From Acidobacteriota bacterium (GTDB taxonomy: Bacteria; Acidobacteriota; UBA6911; JACQSX01): 33,986 nucleotides of DNA. The notes under the pieces were generated by a model. The model saw only the letters and a program-made list of their open reading frames with translations, searched no databases and had not been told where the DNA came from. The stretch's first letter is position 1. Each line of letters begins with the position of its first letter. Of this stretch, positions 30,513 to 33,986 are shown piece by piece. The translations under genes and the position numbers were made by a program. The stretch spans positions 1 through 33,986 of the forward strand of contig DASXQR010000053.1 of NCBI GenBank assembly GCA_036507075.1, read 5' to 3'.

Positions 30513-32227
30513 CAAACGAATTCTCTCCAGAGCAGTTGGAACAGCGCTATTACCTTCCGGTGTTCAAAAAAGCCCCGTTTATTCCGGTGCGTGGTGAAGG
30601 CGTGTATTTGTACGAGGAGAGCGGAAAACGATACCTCGACTTTCTCGCCGGCATCGCCGTCAACGCGCTCGGCTATAACCATCCGGAGCTGACTCGCGTG
30701 ATCCAGGATCAGGCGACGCGGACACTGCACGTAAGCAATTTGTTCTTTCATCCCTTCAGCGGCCCCCTGGCGCGCAAGCTGGTGCGGATGTCAGGATTGC
30801 GCCGAGCCTTTTTTACAAACAGCGGCACGGAAGCTGTGGAAGGCGCCTTCAAGATTACGCGCGCCTACGCTCGCGGCAAAAACAAGCCTAAGATCGTGGC
30901 TCTGGAACATGCCTTCCACGGACGGACCATGGGGGCGCTCTCGATCACCTACGGCGAAAAATACAGGAAGCCGTTCGAGCCGCTGCTTGGGCAGGTGCAG
31001 TTCATCCCTGCTAACGATATCGAAGCGCTCCATGCGTCCATCGATGAAACCACTGCCGCTTTCATCGCGGAGCCGATTCTTGGCGAAGGAGGTATCCTCC
31101 CTCTGACTTCTGATTTTCTCAGGGATGCCTCCGATCTGTGCCGTCGATTCGACGCGCTTTTCATCCTGGATGAAATTCAATGCGGGCTGGGTCGCACCGG
31201 TTATCCGTTCTATTTCCAGAAACTGGAAGTCCTGCCCGATATTTTGCTGCTGGCCAAGTCGCTCGGCCTCGGGATCCCTCTGGGCGCCATTATCGCCGGT
31301 GAAAAGGTCGAGCAGACCCTTCAGGCAGGGGACCACGGCACAACTTTTGGCGGCGGGCCGCTGGCATGCCGAGCCGCGCTCACATTTCTGGAAATTCTGG
31401 AACGCGACGATCTGATGCTGCATGCGGCGCAGATGGGCGAATATCTCTGTTCGCGTCTGGCCGAATTGCAAAAGGAGTTTTCCTTCATCCGCCAGATTCG
31501 CGGAGCAGGGCTGATGATCGGAATTGAAATCGATGCCGATGTTCCGGCGCTGGTCTCGCAACTGCTGAAGGAAGGGATTGTGGCCAATTGCACGGCCGGA
31601 AACGTGCTTCGCCTGCTTCCTCCCCTGGTAATACGAACCGAACACGTCGACGAGTTTTTGCTCGGCTTGAGAAGCGTGCTCGGTTCGATAAGGGGAAAAC
31701 CTTCTTCCAGTGTCGTGTCCATCGGCTCGACGGGAGCAGCGATTATCCGAAAGGCGCGATTGTCGGATGTCCCCGCCATCGAAGCGCTGATTAACGGATA
31801 CGCGCGCGACAACCTGATGCTGCCACGAACTCGCACTCAGCTTTGTGAAACATTGCGGGAATTTGTGGTCGCCGAGGTGGATGGAGGATTTGCCGGATGC
31901 GGGTCTCTTCACCTTTACAGTCTGAGCGCGGCCGAACTTCGCTCGCTTGCAGTAGGGGAAAAGTTTCTCAAAAAAAGGCTGGGAGGAAGGATCGTCCAGG
32001 CTCTGATTGAGGAAGCCGTCGAATACGAAGTGGAGCGCATTTTCACGTTTACGCTGGTTCCTGATTTTTTTCGCAAATACGGATTCCGAATGGTGCCCCA
32101 CAGCGCCTTGCCCGAGAAGGTCCTGAGTGAATGCGCCGGGTGCCCGAAACGGGAGTGCTGCAACGAAGTGGCCCTGGTCTGCGAGGTAAACAGCGCCCTG
32201 CAATCACGGCAACAGATCGCCACCTGA
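30509..32227 (+). CDS. argD: Acetylornithine aminotransferase fused to a C-terminal short GNAT N-acetylglutamate synthase-like domain
   Basis: YLDFLAGIAVNALG, NSGTEAVE, FHGRTMG, DEIQCGLGRTG, LAKSLG, HGTTFGG, VLRLLPPL; then IRKARLSDV..MLPR..AELRSLAV..FFRKYGF..LPEKV..EC..CPK...CNE. Confidence 0.92.
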   Translation: MTNEFSPEQLEQRYYLPVFKKAPFIPVRGEGVYLYEESGKRYLDFLAGIAVNALGYNHPELTRVIQDQATRTLHVSNLFFHPFSGPLARKLVRMSGLRRAFFTNSGTEAVEGAFKITRAYARGKNKPKIVALEHAFHGRTMGALSITYGEKYRKPFEPLLGQVQFIPANDIEALHASIDETTAAFIAEPILGEGGILPLTSDFLRDASDLCRRFDALFILDEIQCGLGRTGYPFYFQKLEVLPDILLLAKSLGLGIPLGAIIAGEKVEQTLQAGDHGTTFGGGPLACRAALTFLEILERDDLMLHAAQMGEYLCSRLAELQKEFSFIRQIRGAGLMIGIEIDADVPALVSQLLKEGIVANCTAGNVLRLLPPLVIRTEHVDEFLLGLRSVLGSIRGKPSSSVVSIGSTGAAIIRKARLSDVPAIEALINGYARDNLMLPRTRTQLCETLREFVVAEVDGGFAGCGSLHLYSLSAAELRSLAVGEKFLKKRLGGRIVQALIEEAVEYEVERIFTFTLVPDFFRKYGFRMVPHSALPEKVLSECAGCPKRECCNEVALVCEVNSALQSRQQIAT

Positions 32228-32241
32228 ATCAAAAACAAATC

Positions 32242-32488
32242 ACCACAAAGGCACATTTCAAATGCGGATGTCGGAATGCGGAATGCGGAATCGGGATTTG
32301 ACTTTTGTCCCCGCATCAAAGCCGCACGCCGGCTGTACTCTTAATCCGAAACTCGCATTCCGAATTCGCAATTCCGTATTCCGCATTCTGAAATTTGCTA
32401 GAAAATCTTGATAACGGCGCAAGGTTGCAACTTGTTACCGAAGTAGCATAAAGACATAGTATCTTTGTGCCCTTTGTGCCTTTGTGGT
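32242..32488. repeat. Nested inverted arrays: outer ACCACAAAGGCAC type, inner GCGGAAT 7-mer type
   Basis: Outer accacaaaggcaca (32242) / ctttgtgccctttgtgcctttgtggt (32463-32488); inner atttcaaatgcgga..gcggaatgcggaat (32255-32292) / ..attccgtattccgcattctgaaat (about 32344-32394). Confidence 0.88.
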
Positions 32489-32513
32489 TTGTTAAAGTTG
32501 TCTTCCCGGAACG

Positions 32514-33776
32514 ATGAAGAAATCAACCGCCCCCTGGAAGGACTGCCCGGGAGGAATCTGCGCTCCCCTTGGATTTCGAGCGTCCGCGCAGCGTGCCGGG
32601 CTGAAAAAGAAGGGCCTGGACCTGGTTCTGATCGCTTCCGACCAGGAAGCCAGCGCCGCTGCCTGCTTTACCAGAAACGAATTTCCCGCCGCCCCCGTGT
32701 TGCTTTCGCACGAACACCTGAAGCAGACCCGCGGTCGGGCGCGGGCGATCCTGGTGAATTCCGGAGGCGCCAACGCAGCAACCGGGCCTGATGGTCTGGT
32801 TCGCGCCCGCCAAACCGTCCACGCTTTGGCGCGGCTGATGGGACTCCCCCGCTCCACGGTGCTGGTATGCTCGACCGGCGTAATCGGCGTTCCGCTCGAT
32901 TCTGGCAAGATCATCGCGGCGCTCCCTTCCTGCGTGGCTCACTTGAATCGCAATTACGGAGAAAAGGCAGCCGAAGCGATCTGCACAACCGACACGGTCG
33001 CCAAAATCGAATCCATCGAGTTCAAAGCCGGAGGCCGGGAGGTCCGGATCGGCGGCATCGCCAAGGGCGCCGGCATGATTCACCCCGATATGGCGACCAT
33101 GCTGGCCTTCATTACGACCGATGCGCACATTACTTCGTCGCGACTGCAGCGAAATCTGAACTGGTGCGTTGAGCGCTCCTTCAACTGCATTACCGTGGAC
33201 GGAGACACGTCCACTAATGATACCGTGCTGGTACTGGCCAATGGCGCTTCGGGTGTGGACGTCTCGAGGCTGGCTGTCGCCGGTAGAGCGCCAGCAGCGC
33301 GCCGGCCGGCTTCGGACCCTGGCGGTATTTTTGTCGATGCTCTGCTGGAAGTGTGCCGCCGGCTTGCTCGAAAAATCGCCTGGGACGGCGAAGGAGCGAC
33401 TCATCATCTGGAGATCGCCGTCGGCGGAGGTCGCACTTTTGAGCAGGCGCGCAATGTAGGCCGCTCGATCGGCCGCTCCAATCTTGTAAAGACCGCCATC
33501 TACGGACACGACGCGAACTGGGGCCGGGTACTGAGCGCCGCCGGCGCCGCGGGCGAGAGGATCGACGCTTCGCGCGTTCTACTGCGTGTCGACGGCAAAA
33601 TTGTGGCAAGCGGTGGTATCGTGAGAAACGCCCCCGATTCCGTTTATGCAGACGTCTGGAACAAGAAGAGGATCCGCATCGACATGGACCTGGGCCTTGG
33701 AAGCGCTTCAGCCGTCTGCTGGAGCTGCGACCTTTCGCACAAATACATCGACATAAACGGAAGCTATCGTACTTAA
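32514..33776 (+). CDS. argJ: Ornithine acetyltransferase (glutamate N-acetyltransferase)
   Basis: VNSGGANAATG, STGVIG, TTDT, KGAGMIHPDMATML (autocleavage site), ITVDGDTSTND, DGEGAT, DANWGR, CDLS..YIDING.Y. Confidence 0.96.
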   Translation: MKKSTAPWKDCPGGICAPLGFRASAQRAGLKKKGLDLVLIASDQEASAAACFTRNEFPAAPVLLSHEHLKQTRGRARAILVNSGGANAATGPDGLVRARQTVHALARLMGLPRSTVLVCSTGVIGVPLDSGKIIAALPSCVAHLNRNYGEKAAEAICTTDTVAKIESIEFKAGGREVRIGGIAKGAGMIHPDMATMLAFITTDAHITSSRLQRNLNWCVERSFNCITVDGDTSTNDTVLVLANGASGVDVSRLAVAGRAPAARRPASDPGGIFVDALLEVCRRLARKIAWDGEGATHHLEIAVGGGRTFEQARNVGRSIGRSNLVKTAIYGHDANWGRVLSAAGAAGERIDASRVLLRVDGKIVASGGIVRNAPDSVYADVWNKKRIRIDMDLGLGSASAVCWSCDLSHKYIDINGSYRT

Positions 33777-33833
33777 CGGGTTGAGGGTTTACGAGTTCCG
33801 AGTTGCGGGTTCACGAGTTCCGAGTTGCGCGGG
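33777..33833 (+). repeat. Solo left arm of 7-bp array (CGAGTTC/CGAGTTG)
   Basis: cgggttgagggtttacgagttccgagttgcgggttcacgagttccgagttgcg starts at the base after the argJ stop; the partner arm may lie beyond the window. Confidence 0.8.
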
Positions 33834-33861
33834 ATCCACCAACGTCAGAACCGCAGGCGTC

Positions 33862-33986
33862 AGAACCTGTGAAAAAATCGACGCCACCGGGCTTGTCCTG
33901 GTGGTGAGGACGATTCTTCACTAGAGCGTGTGCCCAAGAATACTTCACCGAACACTGTAGGGTTTGCGCCCTAGTGAAAAATCGCG
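33862..33986. mobile_element. MITE-like element (runs off window end)
   Basis: agaacctgtgaaaaaatcgacgccaccgggcttgtcctggtggtga..cgattcttcactag ... ctagtgaaaaatcg (start of the inverted arm); homologous to 11948-12040. Confidence 0.75.

Overview
GC-rich bacterial chromosomal window, most consistent with Acidobacteriota (inferred from the Oar-like TonB-dependent receptor, DUF2911, an SBBP-repeat fragment, and a 'LRSDPRF' TPR tail). Housekeeping content: an arginine biosynthesis operon (argC-argB-argD::short-argA fusion-argJ) behind tandem ARG boxes; an acnA/SDR/LhgO-like/zincin run; lemA-TPM-TPM; a D-aminoacylase; and a TonB-dependent receptor. An accessory left part (about 0.3-12 kb) holds a deletion-frameshifted arylamine N-acetyltransferase, a PQQ-propeller protein, an anion permease, a di-haem oxidoreductase, a Phd/VapC toxin-antitoxin pair, and an aspartyl protease-acyltransferase-methyltransferase operon. 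The most unusual signals are: (1) most larger intergenic gaps carry non-coding palindromic elements built from inverted arrays of 7-, 8- or 9-bp tandem repeats, often abutting a stop codon and nested within each other and within REP/MITE-like elements, with no mobilising enzyme in the window; (2) several orphan gene 3' ends, including two diverged copies of a TBDR C-terminal beta-signal bracketing a 3.2-kb cargo block; (3) an ArgD-ArgA(GNAT) fusion; (4) an unannotated 42-aa membrane peptide behind two tandem sigma54-type motifs. All calls come from reading the sequence; no database searches were run.
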